Origin: Eledone cirrhosa
Lineage: Eukaryota
Reading direction: 5' to 3'
Assembly (NCBI GenBank): GCA_964016885.1
Contig: OZ024742.1
Location: forward strand, 239,878,001 to 239,942,000
DNA length: 64,000 nucleotides
Positions within the stretch are counted from its first letter, which is position 1; the number at the start of each line of letters is the position of its first letter. The position numbers were made by a program, and so were the translations under genes. This document shows, in pieces, positions 38,082-52,483 of this stretch. The notes under the pieces are model-generated. The model had not been told where the DNA came from. It worked only from the letters and a program-made list of their open reading frames with translations, and ran no database searches.

Positions 38082-39963
38082 AGTCATACAGAATGGGGTT
38101 GTTCCGAAGGACTGGCGCAGCAGCATTATCGTTAACTGTTATAAGGGTAAAGGAGATGCCCTAGATAGGAGTAACTATAGAGGCATTAAATTAATCGACC
38201 AGGTCATGAAGGTCACGGAAAAAGTTATAGCGCAACTAATGAGAGCGAATTGATCTAGATGAAATGCAGTTCGGGTTTGTGTCAGGAAAAAGTACCACAG
38301 ACGCTCTTTTCATTGTACGACAACTACAGGAGAAGTACCTAGCTAAAAGTAAACCCCTATACTTAGCTTTCGTCGACTTGGAGAAGGCCTTCGACAGAGT
38401 CCCCCCGTTCCATTATCTGGTGGGCTCTTAGAAAACTAGGTGTTGATGAATGGCTTGTGAGAGCTATACAAGCCATGTATAAAGAAACAGTTAGCAAGGT
38501 TAGAATTAACAACGAATATAGTGAAGAGTTTAGTGTAAAAGTTGGTGTTCATCAGGGCTCTGTTCTTAGCCCCCTACTATTTATTATTGCCCTCCAGGCT
38601 ATAACAGTGGAGTTCAAGACCGGCTGCCCATGGGAACTCCTATACGCAGATGATCTAACGCTCATAGCTGAATCAATGGCCGAGCTAGAGAAGAAATTCC
38701 AAACATGGAAGCACGGCCTAGAATCAAAAGTCCTTAAAATTAACCTATCTAAGACTAAAGTTCTAGTTTGTAAGAAAGAAAATAAGGCGGTGGTCCCCTC
38801 CGGGAAGTGGCCGTGCGCAGAGTGTAGAAAGGCGTAGGTAGAAATTCCATTTTGTGTCCCAAATGCAAAGTTTGGGTGCATAAAAGATGTAGTGGGATCA
38901 CAGGTAAGCTAACTAAGAACATAGATTTTACATGTGGCCGGTGTTCTGGGGATATAAGTAGCAGCAAGTGCCCACAAAATACTAGCTCTTTCAACTGCGC
39001 AGAGGGTTCTATAGAAATAGTGGACAGCTTCCGTTACCTGGGTGACAAAATCAGCAGTGGGGGAGGGTGCTCTGAAAGTACAGTAGCTAGAGTCAGAACT
39101 GGGTGGAAAAAGTTCAGAGAGCTTATACCACTATTAGCCGCTAAAGGGTTCTCCCTAAAAATGAAGGGCAGGCTGTACGATGCCTGCATACGAACAGCAA
39201 TGTTGCATGGCAGTGAGACCTGGGCATTGTGTGCAGAGGATATACGCAGACTAGAGAGAAACGAAGCTTGCATGCTCCGCTGGATGTGTAATAGTAATAT
39301 ACGTGAACGACAAAGCATAAACGAACTAAGGAAAAAATTAGAAATAAGAGGGATCAGATGTTGTTTACTAGAGAGAAGGCTACGTTGGTATGGTCACGTG
39401 ATGCGCATGAAGGATGATAGCTGTATAACAAAGTGCAGGGCAATAAAGATAGACGGTAGCCACGGAATAGGCAGACCCAGAAAAACCTGGGACGAGCTGA
39501 TAAACACCGACCTCACACACTTACACCTCACCAAGACAATGTCACTGGACCGAGACCTTTGGCGGTACTCAGTAATAGAGAAGACCCGCCTTGCCAGTAG
39601 GCATCTCTAACAAAATACACCCCGTCCCACCACCACAACCCCCACCCCATCCACACCACCCCGTTCTATATAAAGTTATGTTGGTGCCGCGCCATCCAGG
39701 CCGAAACAAATAAGATCGTGTAGGTGTCACGACAAAAAAACACACAGTCCACGCTGTAATGTGGCAGTGTAGGCAACACGGTAAAAACCTCCCAGACCCA
39801 CACTGTAAATGTGGTTGGTGTTAGGAAGGGCATCCAACTGTAGAAAACCTGCCAGACAGTCCTATGCGAGCAAGAAAATCACTCTTGCCTCAAGTGGGAC
39901 TACCCCCGTCCAAACCCATGCAAGCGTGGAACACGGACGTTAAACGTTGATGATGATGATGAT
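38082..39963 (+). mobile_element. 5'-truncated PHD-RTE LINE, copy B
   Basis: Colinear with copy A from 28488 onward, with frameshifts near 38240, 38401 and 38830. (GAT)n tail; (TA)n on both sides. Confidence 0.95.
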
Positions 39964-40216
39964 ATATATACATATATACATATACATATATATATACATA
40001 CATATACATATATATATACATATATATATATACATATATATATACATATATATATATACATATATATATACATATATATATACATATATATATACATATA
40101 TATATACATATATATATATACATATATATATACATATATATATACATATATATATACATATATATATACATATATATATACATATATATATATACATATA
40201 TATATACATATATATA
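39964..40216. repeat. (TA)n/(CATATATATATA)n microsatellite
   Basis: Visible directly. Confidence 0.95.
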
Positions 40217-40825
40217 TGGTGGCTGCCAACTCGTTTTCGAGTACGGCCACTACTTTATATCCATGTAGGAGAACCCCTACCGATGCGCTGAACGAGTGTG
40301 ACTTTTTAGTCCAGCCAGCGACTTGAAAACTCTGGTACAAACACTACACTTGTGACAATTACTGACACATAGTGCTGGGCCCATGGTACCATGTGACGAC
40401 AAGTGCAGAGAGATCTCCAGATATAAAGCAATGCCTGTGCCGTGAAGCTTTTATAGTGAGCAAAGGCACTGCACAAAGCCAGTCCCACTCTCTTAACCAA
40501 GATGATATTTACCAAAAAGAAGAACAAGTCAACATCATTGGATACCATCAGGGTTGCAGGTGTTATATCAGAGTTTTCCTTCTCCTAGAATTCTGCCTTG
40601 ACAAAGGCTAAGGGGTCATCTCTCCCGGTGATTTTGGATGGCCATTGACTCTTAAGAGCTCCTTTGCCCTTTGACAGGTTTTGTTTTTAGTCCTGCAGGA
40701 TGTCCAAAGTCACCCTCCTCACCAAGAAACCTTGGTGGGGTTGCCAGTTTAGTCGCCAACGACCCGACCATGGGACAGGTTGTACTGGGATACATGTTAC
40801 CAGTAGCACCAACTGGTGACCTGAC
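40217..40825 (-). mobile_element. Short non-autonomous RTE-derived element (~610 bp): 5'UTR-like part joined to the terminal zinc finger and 3'UTR
   Basis: Minus strand contains the RTE-5'UTR-like motif ctaggagaaggaaaactctga (recalled), then [23 protein letters not shown], then tggccgtactcgaaaacgagttggcagccacca. No endonuclease or RT. (TA)n on both sides. Confidence 0.75.
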
Positions 40826-41362
<537 letters not shown>

Positions 41363-41562
41363 NNNNNNNNNNNNNNNNNNNNNNNNNNNNNNNNNNNNNN
41401 NNNNNNNNNNNNNNNNNNNNNNNNNNNNNNNNNNNNNNNNNNNNNNNNNNNNNNNNNNNNNNNNNNNNNNNNNNNNNNNNNNNNNNNNNNNNNNNNNNNN
41501 NNNNNNNNNNNNNNNNNNNNNNNNNNNNNNNNNNNNNNNNNNNNNNNNNNNNNNNNNNNNNN
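41363..41562. other. Assembly gap (200 N)
   Basis: Run of N between (TA)n and (GA)n. Confidence 1.
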
Positions 41563-42194
41563 GAGAGAGAGAGAGAGAGAATCAACTCCAACACTTACTG
41601 GTATTTTATTTATTGATCTCAAAAAGACAAAGGTCAAAGTTAACCTCAGCAGTAAGCTGGAACAATACCGAATCCTTTTTAATCCAACATTATTAATGGC
41701 TCTACCAATTCCTCATATTTTATACACAAAATTAACCAGAGCACAAGACTGGTACTATATTTATCGATCTTGAAAAGATGAAAGGCAAAGTTGACCAGAC
41801 CAAGATTTTAACTCAGAGTGCCAAAAGGTTGAACGAATACCACAAAACATTGTACCTAACACACTAAACACTATGCCAATTCACTGCCTTCGTACAATAT
41901 TAACAGCCCTTAATTTTCTGTCATAAGATTTGAGAACACACACACATACCTACATTACGTCTGAATACAGAGAAGCCAAAGCCCCACTGTCATCGCCTCA
42001 TATCTCTCACTATTATGAGCAAATGGGTCCCTCACGCTGGCTGCCCCACAACATCGGTGGACAGATTTGAGAAGAACAAATAAATACTGTTGAAGAAAGC
42101 ACAGTAAAATATTTAGCCCCTTTTTATACCAAACTGCCTTAGTTCTATGATACAAATTCTTTTGCTTTAATTTATTTATTGTAAAGTGCACTCT

Positions 42195-42800
42195 ACATGT
42201 GAATGGAGTTCCACTGAAACAGGTGGAGAAGTTTGATTATCTCAAGGCCATATTCACAAGTGATGGAAGGCAGATGGCTGAATTAAGTGCAAGAATTGCA
42301 GGAGCTGGTGCAGAAATACATCAGCTTCAGCATTCAGAAGGGAGGTAGGTGTAAAAGCCAAACTCGCTATCTTCAATTCGGTATTCGTGTCAACCCTTAC
42401 CTTCATGAATCTTGGGTAATGACCGAAAGAATATGATTGTGAACACTAGCGGCCAGAATGGGATTCCTCCAAAGGGTCTTTGAAGTACTTATAGCTTGGA
42501 GAGTCACTCCAGGTATAGTTACAACTTCTCTGAATTGAGTGATCACAGCACCGATACTATGGGCATGTGGTTAGAATGTCTTAGGAAAGAATCACTAGAG
42601 AGATTTTAGGGGCAAAACCAACTGGTTGGAGACCCAGACATAGACCCAGAGCAAGATGATTGGGTAACATCCATGACCTTGGCTGGTCTCGCTTGGGGAT
42701 CCAGCCAAATCAGTTGGGGACAGTTGCTTTTAACAGGACCCACTGGAAGAAGTGTTTGAGGACTCTTCCCCCAACAACCCCCCCAAGAATGAATAAATGA
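42195..42800 (+). mobile_element. Decayed RTE-like LINE 3' fragment
   Basis: Remnants VNGVPLKQVEKFDYL, KAKLAIFNSVFVSTLT, HESW, YYGHVVRM and KPTGWRPRHRPR across frameshifts; (GAAT)n-like tail. A related remnant lies near 13500-13650. Confidence 0.7.
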
Positions 42801-43783
42801 ATGAAAAGAAAAAGAAAAAAAGAAAAAGAGAGAAAGAAAGAAGGTGTTTATATCTATCTAAAGACCTTTTATCATAATTTTATGTCAGAACCTTTAAACT
42901 ATGCTCCAAACATTAGATTACTAATGTGAAAGTTATTTTACTAAATCTCTCCAAATACTTTATTTTCAAAATGATTTGAAATTTATAGGCAGTGTCTTTC
43001 ATTAGAAATATGGTAACGAAAGGGTTAAATAAGAGTGGAAATAAAAATGCGTTATTTTCCTTTTCATATGAAATAAAGAAGAGCATGCCAGTAATAATTT
43101 ATCTGTAACATCTCATTTTTCACACACACCCACTCTTCCATAAAACAGCCATACTACCTCACAATTTACTATTCAACTATCCCATTAGCCCTTTTGTTAC
43201 TGCATTTATAATAAATACATTGTATTTTTATTAATGAAGAATTTACTGAAATTATAATCTCATTAAGATGGTATTTGTAACATACAATGTTCTATGTTGG
43301 AAGGTATTAGTTTAAGTAGGAACCCTATAAACTAGGTAGTTTTAGGCAAGTTGGTACCAAAAGGGTAAACTTCCATTTTGTCTAGGATGTTTGTGTTTAG
43401 CAGCAGTACCACCCTTTAGATCTGAGTCATACACCAAAGCTGCTTTGAGCTATGAAGAGAGTCAAGAAATGAGTTGGGACTAGATTATTTTCTAGCTCTG
43501 AAGAGGAAGTCTAGTATTTGGGGATGCAGCTATAAGAAGCATTTTAAGGCCATTACCTATTTACCTTGCCAAAGCAGGCATGAACATTGCAGGTTCCACA
43601 CTGGGCCATATTAACCCATGGCCAGGCTCTTAGGCTTTCAGTTATTCTGGGCCCTCTCTGGTACTTCAATTGTTCACCTCATCTGGCAGGTAATAGCGCC
43701 TTGGCCCAGGTCTGTGCTGTGCACATAAGTTTCAGCTTAGTTAACCATATAAATAATGTGGACTGGCCTTAAGACAAGCATCT

Positions 43784-43920
<137 letters not shown>

Positions 43921-46524
43921 CACTTTAAATTTACACACACATACATACACACAATGCCTTTCCTATCTCAGTCATGTTGCTACAATATGAATTTCATTTT
44001 CAAATTCATAAGGTCCTAAGTTCTTAGACTATATTTGTCCCCTGTAAATAGTTATTTCTCCAAAGTTATTCATTCAATTAATCCTATATTTATATATTTA
44101 AATATGGACACTTTAAATGAAATTTAAAAAAAAAACGGAATTAATTTTACAGCTCACAACTGTGCAGGTTGAGCTAGACTCATAAAAGGTTTCTCATGCA
44201 TGTTTTTTAATGATAATGTCTCTAGTCTTATCATGAAAAGGAATGTGAAATGCTGAAGAATACAACATGCTGCTTAGTCTGGGAATTGAACACACAACCT
44301 TATGGTCATGAGTGCAACACCCAATCACTAGGTCATACTCCTTCACAGTTTAAAATGAATAGAACAAGAAGCACCCTCAAGTGGATTGCTATCAAAATGG
44401 TAAACTCAGAACAGAACATTAGTGTAGCCAAACAAAGATTAACCCTTTCATTACTATATTTCTAATGGAATACACTGTATTTCGATTAGTTAATGAAAAA
44501 TATTAAAGGATTTACTAATATTATTTATCATTTCATTATTAAGGTAGTATTTGTAACATATATTCACAAAAGTTTCTTATATCAAATATGTTGGAAGAGT
44601 TTAATTCAAATAGGAATCATATAAAATGGGTGGCTTTATTTCATAGAACCAGAAGCAGTTTTGGATATTGCCAGTGCTTGAACAGCTGTTACAGATTAAA
44701 GGAGAAATAGTCAATAAATATAGAACATTACCAGAAACTATTGGGATCATTTCTACACAAAGCTTCAATAAAATTGCCATTTCATGTTCATAGTAGAGAA
44801 ATTCAAAGAAGACTTAAATGGAATAACATAGTTAAATTTGTTTGAAAATTAGTTTGTCACTTAGTTTAAAGCAGAGTTAACATGGAATAATTTACATCAA
44901 GCAACACAGAGCAGACAGGAGATAACATCCACTTCAATAATAAATAATGATAATTATCTCTTTCAACTATGATTACACCGTTTTAGACTGAGGCCACAAT
45001 AAATGTTAGGTCACACTGCCCTGAAAACTCTTGATATCTCATAACCATTAGAAGCAGATTTAATCCTAACTAGCAGCAATCAACTCATCTTATGGAACTT
45101 GTTGTAACTAGTATGCAAGACAGTTGAACAAGCATAGATACAACTGGCATTTACAAAAAAAAAATACATTTTCTGTGTCTGGTATACAGTTAATTTTCTG
45201 CCTTTATTTCTTAGACTGGAAGCAAAAGGAGAGCTAAAATGTTTTTTAAGTTGCAGACAAGCAAAAGCAGAAGTTAGACCTCTATTTTAAATTATCCTGG
45301 AGAATGACATTACAGCAATGATATAGGTATGCTATCTGCATAAATACAGATACATGACCTGACCAAATAAAAATTAAATACAAGGTGAAAATTTAAAACT
45401 AAACTCATATCTCAGAAAGTCTATATAGCAGTTCAACAAAAAAGAGATTGATAAAATAAGTACCAGACTTGAAAAATATAAGTACTTGGATCGATATGGT
45501 CAACTAAATCAAGGTGGTGCCTTAGCATGGCTGCAGTTTAATGATTGAAACTAGTAAAAGAATAAAAGCATACAAAAGAGGAAGAATGAGCCCAAATGAA
45601 AGACAGGAAAGACACAATATCGGGGGACTATCTTCTCCTGGAGCAGCAAGAAATTCATGCTTCTTAGAATTGCCTGTAATGACATAATCTATAGTGCTAG
45701 TGAGTGCCACAACAAAACACACTCAGTCTACTTCTTGAAAATTAGTAGTGCTGACTGAAGACAGAGAGTAACAATGAAAGGGATGTATGTAATTACTTTG
45801 CAATAGCAATAAGAATCTTAAAACCATTGTATTCCTTGTTAAACCAGCGGTTAGCCTTGTTCATCATGGAGTCCTTTTCAAAGCAATGTTATATGGCTAG
45901 ATGCCATTCATAGATGTCAACCCTTTTAGTTGCATCTTACGACATGCAAGGATATGTTGTACCTATTCAAAACCAGACACATGTAGCAGATGTAATACTT
46001 TGCAGCCTTCCTAATTAATACAAGCAATAAACACACAAATGCAGCTGAGTATAGCTGGAATATATGAACTTGTAGATGTATACTGCCTGGAAAAGAAAGG
46101 TCAAACATCCATTGAAGGAATAAGAAAGCTCAATATGAACTAGCCTCCTTATACTTTATCTCATTTGGCATACTGCCATTGAAAACAACTGTCCAAGTTG
46201 GACAGTTTTTCTGTATTTTATGACGCACACACACACATATATACATATGTATACATACATACATATATATAATAGTGGTTCAATTATTTATCACTGCTAC
46301 ATAACAAATACAGATTAAAACCTTTTCTTTTCTGTCTGTGTATGTATACACATACACATATATCAACCATGTGTCATATGTGTTTGTATATATATATTTA
46401 TAGTTTCTGCCTGTAACTCATTAAAATGTATACATATACACACATTGCATTTCCTGTTTCAGTGATGTTGCTACAATAAGAGGTTCACTTCCCAATAATC
46501 AACTACTGGCTTCTAACTTTACAA

Positions 46525-46644
46525 TTGTCCTTGTAAATATTTATTTCTCCAAAGTTACTCATACTTGTCCTTGTAAATATTTATTTCTCCAAAGTTACTC
46601 ATACTTGTCCTTGTAAATATTTATTTCTCCAAAGTTACTCATAC
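46525..46644. repeat. 40-bp tandem repeat, 3 copies
   Basis: ttgtccttgtaaatatttatttctccaaagttactcatac repeated exactly three times. Confidence 0.95.
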
Positions 46645-48496
46645 ATTTAAATCTGTATGTCATTTGTACATATATGCTGAACATTTATGTAATTAAATCC
46701 TAGAAATAAATTATGAAAATATTCTTATTTTTAATCACTTCCATGTGTCAGTAATCAACATAAACTTCCCAGTTTGCACAATTGTTCATACATCCAATAA
46801 TCCTGGTATATATGACATAACGGTCCTGGACTCCAAAAATCAATTATGTTCAATGCTATTGCCATCATTATTTAAGCCATAGGTCTAGTTGTTTAAGATA
46901 AAGACTATGCATTTATATTTATAAAGATAGGCATCTATAGATATTATTATAGCATATAGGAGTGAGCCAGAGGAGAGGTGCTTATTGCACAGTAGGATTG
47001 AACCCAGAACTATATGGTGGTGAAGCTAATTCCTTAACCTCAAAGCCATGCCTGGAGTGCATATTTCAGGGGGTTTTCTTTCGTTGTTTAGTCAGGGAGG
47101 AAAGAACAGTAGCCATAACCCTTTTTAGTGCTTCTGAAACTGGTGAAAGGGGGGAAGGTATCCTCGTATTAGGGACATGGTCTGGATGTTTACAATACTA
47201 AGAGCACCAAACAATGAATTAAGTGTGACCACTAAGAGGATTTGAATTCAGAACACAGGGACTGAAAACAAATACTACACGGTACCTCGCCTAATGTTCT
47301 AATAATTCCACCAATCCAACACACTGAACTGGTACTTACGTTTTTTTAACCCTGCAAAAGTTAACCATATCAGTATTTGAACTTGTCACACAGAGAGCTG
47401 GAACAAATACCAGTAGAGATCATGTCTATCACTAACCATTGCACCAACTCACTGCCCTCAACTGCCACTTTATTTTATCAACCCTCAAAAGGATGAAAGC
47501 CAAAGTTGTCTCCAGTAGGATTTCAACTCAGAACATAAAGAGCCAGAGCAAATACTGAATTCCATGGCCATGACATGTGCATTTGGAGACTGCTGGAGTC
47601 AGTAGTATGCCACTTGGAGACAGGCTGAGGTTTGATCAACCTTGGTTGGGTCACCTGAGTTATAAAACACGAAACACCCAGTGATTCTAAGATACAGCAC
47701 TGATTATGTGTCCACATATTTGTATCAGTAGTCAGATCACCTAAATAAAGGTGACTATGTTGTAAGACACAAAACACCCAGTGACACTAGGCTAACAACA
47801 CTGATTATGTGTTTAAGAACGGTTCCAGGCAGTTTTGGTGTCAAAATAGTTAAAATTTTAATCAGATATATTGGCATGCCTTCTCTTCAGAATTGCTGAA
47901 ATAGAAAACATCAAATTGACAAGTTTAGCCCATGGCTTCTCAAAATGGTTCGTATAGACGGCTAGGGTGGGGTGGGGGGTGAATGTAGACTAGCTGCCAG
48001 ATTTCGTACACCTAGCAGAATGATAAAAGATTAAAATTCCTTAATGGGTTACCGTATTTCTCCATTTGATATTAAAGTGGGAAGTGCAAATTTATACGCC
48101 TTTCTTAAAGAATTTATTGAAATGATTTTCAAATTTCACATTTAAAGGAATTGGGTATTACTTGGGTGAATGAAAATAACTGTAGCAGCATATCCCAAGC
48201 TTTGTGCAACTTTTGTGCCCATTTTACAAGCTTTTTCAAGTTTGTATATGGTGGAGTCTGGGGTTGGCTATGCATATTATTTAAGCAAACAGAGAACATA
48301 AAATGTGATGATTTGTGTCTGAAACTTAATATTCATAATGTTATCCATACTCCTTACTCATTAAACCCATCCTTCCTTTTAAAAAATAATCCAAGCATTA
48401 AAGGTGTACCTGAATTGATACTTTACAAATTCTTTTCTTTCCTTGTGTCATATTATATTAAACACCAGGAAATTAAAGAACTGGTTGAAAAATTGC

Positions 48497-48757
48497 AAAT
48501 TATAGTTGCCTCCATGCAGATAACTATAATAATAGGTGATCACTATAGGTAAATTTAGAGAAAGTAATTACTGGCCAGGGACTCTTTGGCATAATGGTTA
48601 AAGACACTCACCTGGCATACAAAAGACGCATGGTTCGATATCTCCACATGTGTCTTTATCCAATTTTTTCGGTCTCCAGGAACTTTACCTCATTCTTATA
48701 ATCCTCACTTACAGTGATCACCTATTATAGTTATCTGCATTGGGCAATTTGTAATTT
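48497..48757. mobile_element. Small inverted-repeat element enclosing a tRNA-like Pol III cassette
   Basis: ~50-bp arms 48497-48549 and 48708-48757. Inside: A-box tggcataatgg, B-box ggttcgata and a T6 run at 48664-48669. Confidence 0.6.
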
Positions 48758-48900
48758 ATATTTAATTCATTTATTTAGGAAGGTGAATATAAATTTAATT
48801 TTGTTATGATGGTGGGGAGGTCCTGCTAAATAAAAACTGTGAGAAGCCAGAGTTTAGATATACAAATAAAAGAAACTCCAGAGTTTGTTATTAAACTTAC

Positions 48901-49002
48901 TCTAGTGTTATTTCGTTCCGCCTTCAATTCTGATATTTCTTCTTCCCTTTCTAACAGCTGTTCTCGGGCAGCACTCAGTTCTTTAGTTATAGTAGCAAAT
49001 TC
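48901..49002 (-). CDS. PPFIA: Liprin-alpha internal coding exon (102 nt, phase 0/0): [34 protein letters not shown]
   Basis: Acceptor ttgtattttcAG, donor GTaagt. [21 protein letters not shown] is a hallmark liprin-alpha sequence. Confidence 0.93.
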
Positions 49003-51465
49003 CTGAAAATACAAGATTCCATAGATTAATTTCTATTTACACATTTTAAAAAATAACAGAGAAATCAACTTTATTCAAACAGCTCTACAATAATGAAAGT
49101 ATCTTTTTCCTCTGGCTGGCAACTGTAGCTCTGGTGAAAAACCAGTGATACCCACTACATCAGCCATTCCACATTACAGAACTCCTTCCTTAAGTGAGAT
49201 GCATTCCTCCCAATTTTTTAGAGGAAAACAGCAGTCCAGGAACCACGGACACTAGGAATCTCGGTGGCAACCAGTACAAAAAGGAAGCAATCAGTCAAAT
49301 CTGAGTGTTTGAAATGATTATATTGTGGAAAAGTCATTCTAGCCATTCATAAAAATCACAAAAACTGTTAACTTCACTTCACATTATCATTTATTTATTT
49401 CTTGGTGTCAAAATTTCCATTGCACTATTTGTATCAATCACCAAGTTGCACACAGTGAAACAAAAATTCAGTTTTTGTCTTTTTGAATGGTTAAAATAAC
49501 TCTTCCATGATGTAATTAATTGCCTTAGTTTTGACAGTCTCAGATCAAGTCACTCACGAAACAAGACCAATGCCAAAATTAGAAACGGTTATGTTTGAAA
49601 CATTCATTAAAAATATTTATGTATAAATTGTAAAAAAAGAACAGGTTTATAAAAAAACAATTCTTTCCATGTAATATATGAAACAACACCCATAGTATCA
49701 ACATAAATATAAGGTTTCTCTTATGCAAACCATTAATTTATCAAAAACACAAATTTCAGTTTGGGTACAAGTGGAATCAAATGTAGTGTGCAGAAGAGAG
49801 GGTGGTGTTAGAATGGACATGTGATGCATATGCATGGTGGCTGTTGGGTGAAGAAATGCCAAGAGTTCCCAGTAGAAGAAAACAAAAGAAATGAACAGTG
49901 GTGCAAACCGATCTTTAAAAAGGAAGAGTACATTGGCAAAATTAATCCTAAGTACTCTATATATGAAAAAAAGAAAATAGGATGATTATAGCTATAGGCC
50001 TGTTGAAACATGGCTGATCTAGGCCAAACAACAACATAGCTGATAAACCATTATTAAAAACAGTTTGGATTGATCCCCGCATTCAATGAAATTGATGATT
50101 ATATTATAATTATAGCCCTGATCTTGGTTTTGACATACAGGTAAGAGCCAATATGGTTACTATGAAATGAAAAAAATGTAATTTACAGTTCATATCTTTG
50201 CAGTTTTAAATGACATGCTTATTTCTCGTGGGTTTTTTAATGATAGTTGCCGCAGTCATATCGTGGAAAGCAATGTAAAATTAAGCATCTTGCTGAAGAA
50301 CACAAAATGCCACCCAGTGAAGGAAACTGAACTCACAAGCTTATGAGTTTAAGTCTAACTCACAAACTACTTTCAATTCTTTTGACTTTGCATTTCACAG
50401 AAAGCACTGCGCTATATTTGTGGACAAGAAACTTAAATACTTTTACCTAATATAGTAATTATCTTTCACTCTTAGCTTTTTCATGCTGGAGTAATTTGTG
50501 GAAATCTACAGATGCAGACATGTTCTTAGAACAGGTGTTCTAAAACAGGAACTTAGCTGATTACTATGAAGACTGTGTTTGTTAGACTGAAGTATATAGA
50601 AGACACTGTACATGTGCAAGCAATCTTAACCATTTAGTCATGTGTAAAATTAGAACCAAACCAGAAAATAATATCAAATGGTAAGTAAAGAAAATATGTA
50701 ATCTATGAGCAGAAATGTTTACTTTATTATACACATGAACATCTTGCATTTTTGAAATCATCATCATCATTTAACATTTGTTCTCCCATGCTAGCATGGG
50801 TTGGATGGGCCGTCACAAACTAACTCAGTACTTTATCTGAACTACTGACTCCTCAGATGGATAAATGGGCCTGCATCTCGCTTACATACACAGGAGCACT
50901 TTACAAAGACTACTGGATGCATTTTATCATGGCACCAGTGCTAGAAAGGTTTGTCATATCCTCAACACAACTAAAAAGTCTTCTCTCCTAACACCAACCC
51001 CTTTTACAGAGTGTGTTGGGAGTATTTTATCATAGTACCAATACTAGAAATGTCATATCCTCGATGCATCTGAAGAATCCTCTTTCCTCTATTTTAAAAT
51101 TTGTTCACTCACTGATGCTAACCAATCATATGATACATTGCTACCAAAAACAACCAACAATTTAAGGTAATTTTATCCCTGCTGAAGCAGAAGTTAGGCC
51201 TGTGGGCCCCGTTACAGGTTTAATATTCAGCATGGGATCCCTTTTACAGTCAAATGCCCTAACTAGTACCAGCCACTTTAGTTGCTTTCATAACATGTAG
51301 ACATACAATGTACCTATTCTAAATTGGATATCTACAGCATTGTACATCAAAATATTGCGTACATCCTTAAAAAATGTTATACTCAACTCTTACAAATGAA
51401 GCTTTATATTTCAAAGACCATATTTAGAATTCTCTTTTTTTTTTCTAATCCATTCAATTTAATGG

Positions 51466-51760
51466 TAGACATGGCATGCTTGAATGGTAAAGAAGTTCAC
51501 TTCACAACATTTTGGCCTTGGGTTGAAACCCACTATGTGGCATCTTAGGAAAGTGCTATTTACTATAGCTCCAGGTTGACAGAGGTCTTGTGGGTGAAAC
51601 TGAGATGGAAACTGTTCAGAAGGCTGTTCTAACACTGGATCACCTTGAGAATTACATTAAGTATACACATGTCAGTGGAATGCTCAGCCACTTACATGAT
51701 AATTTTATGAGCAAGCAGCTCCATTGATCAAACAACTGGAACAGTCATCATTGAAACCCC
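51466..51760 (+). mobile_element. tRNA-derived SINE family 2, degenerate
   Basis: Similar to the 2095 and 11750 copies. Confidence 0.6.
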
Positions 51761-52415
51761 CAATTTTCAAAGAACAATATGATGATGATATATACAGATA
51801 GATATATTAGGGTTGTACTGTGTGTTGAAACTAAAACAATTACAGCATGGAAAGTCATTTTAGCCATTTTAAAATACTATATATATATATATATCTTGCT
51901 GCCAAATTTTTTAGCGGCACTGCCTGCAACCTGGTTATTGGCACAGTTCCATTACTACTATTGGGTGTGATTCTGTTGATAAAATACCAAGCTGGAAGAA
52001 CACACATGAACATGCATTTAAAACAGAGAGCACTCATTCGTATTTCAGCACACAAAAGAATGGTTCCTTCAAGTCCTTTATCAACACTTTTATAGTCATA
52101 TTTACAAGGAAAGACACTATGTGTGATTTTCAAATGATCGAGAATTTGAAGTGATTTAATAATACAACTAAAATTCCCATTAGGCTGGTATTTGGAACAT
52201 AATTTCTTTTTTTATATAAAATTATATTGGAAGGTTTTAAAGTAAATACAAGTTCTTAAAACATAGTTTTGTTTAAAAGCTATCGCAATGTGAATTGGAT
52301 GGTAAATGTTAACTATGTGATGATAATAATATTGAGATGTTACCTTGCAGTTCTTTAAAGACCCTTATATTTCAAGATAAAATCCCTTCATCAAAAGACT
52401 AACAGGAACTACTTC

Positions 52416-52418
<3 letters not shown>

Positions 52419-52480
<62 letters not shown>
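52419..52480. repeat. Pure (TA)n microsatellite
   Basis: Visible directly. Confidence 0.95.
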
Positions 52481-52483
<3 letters not shown>

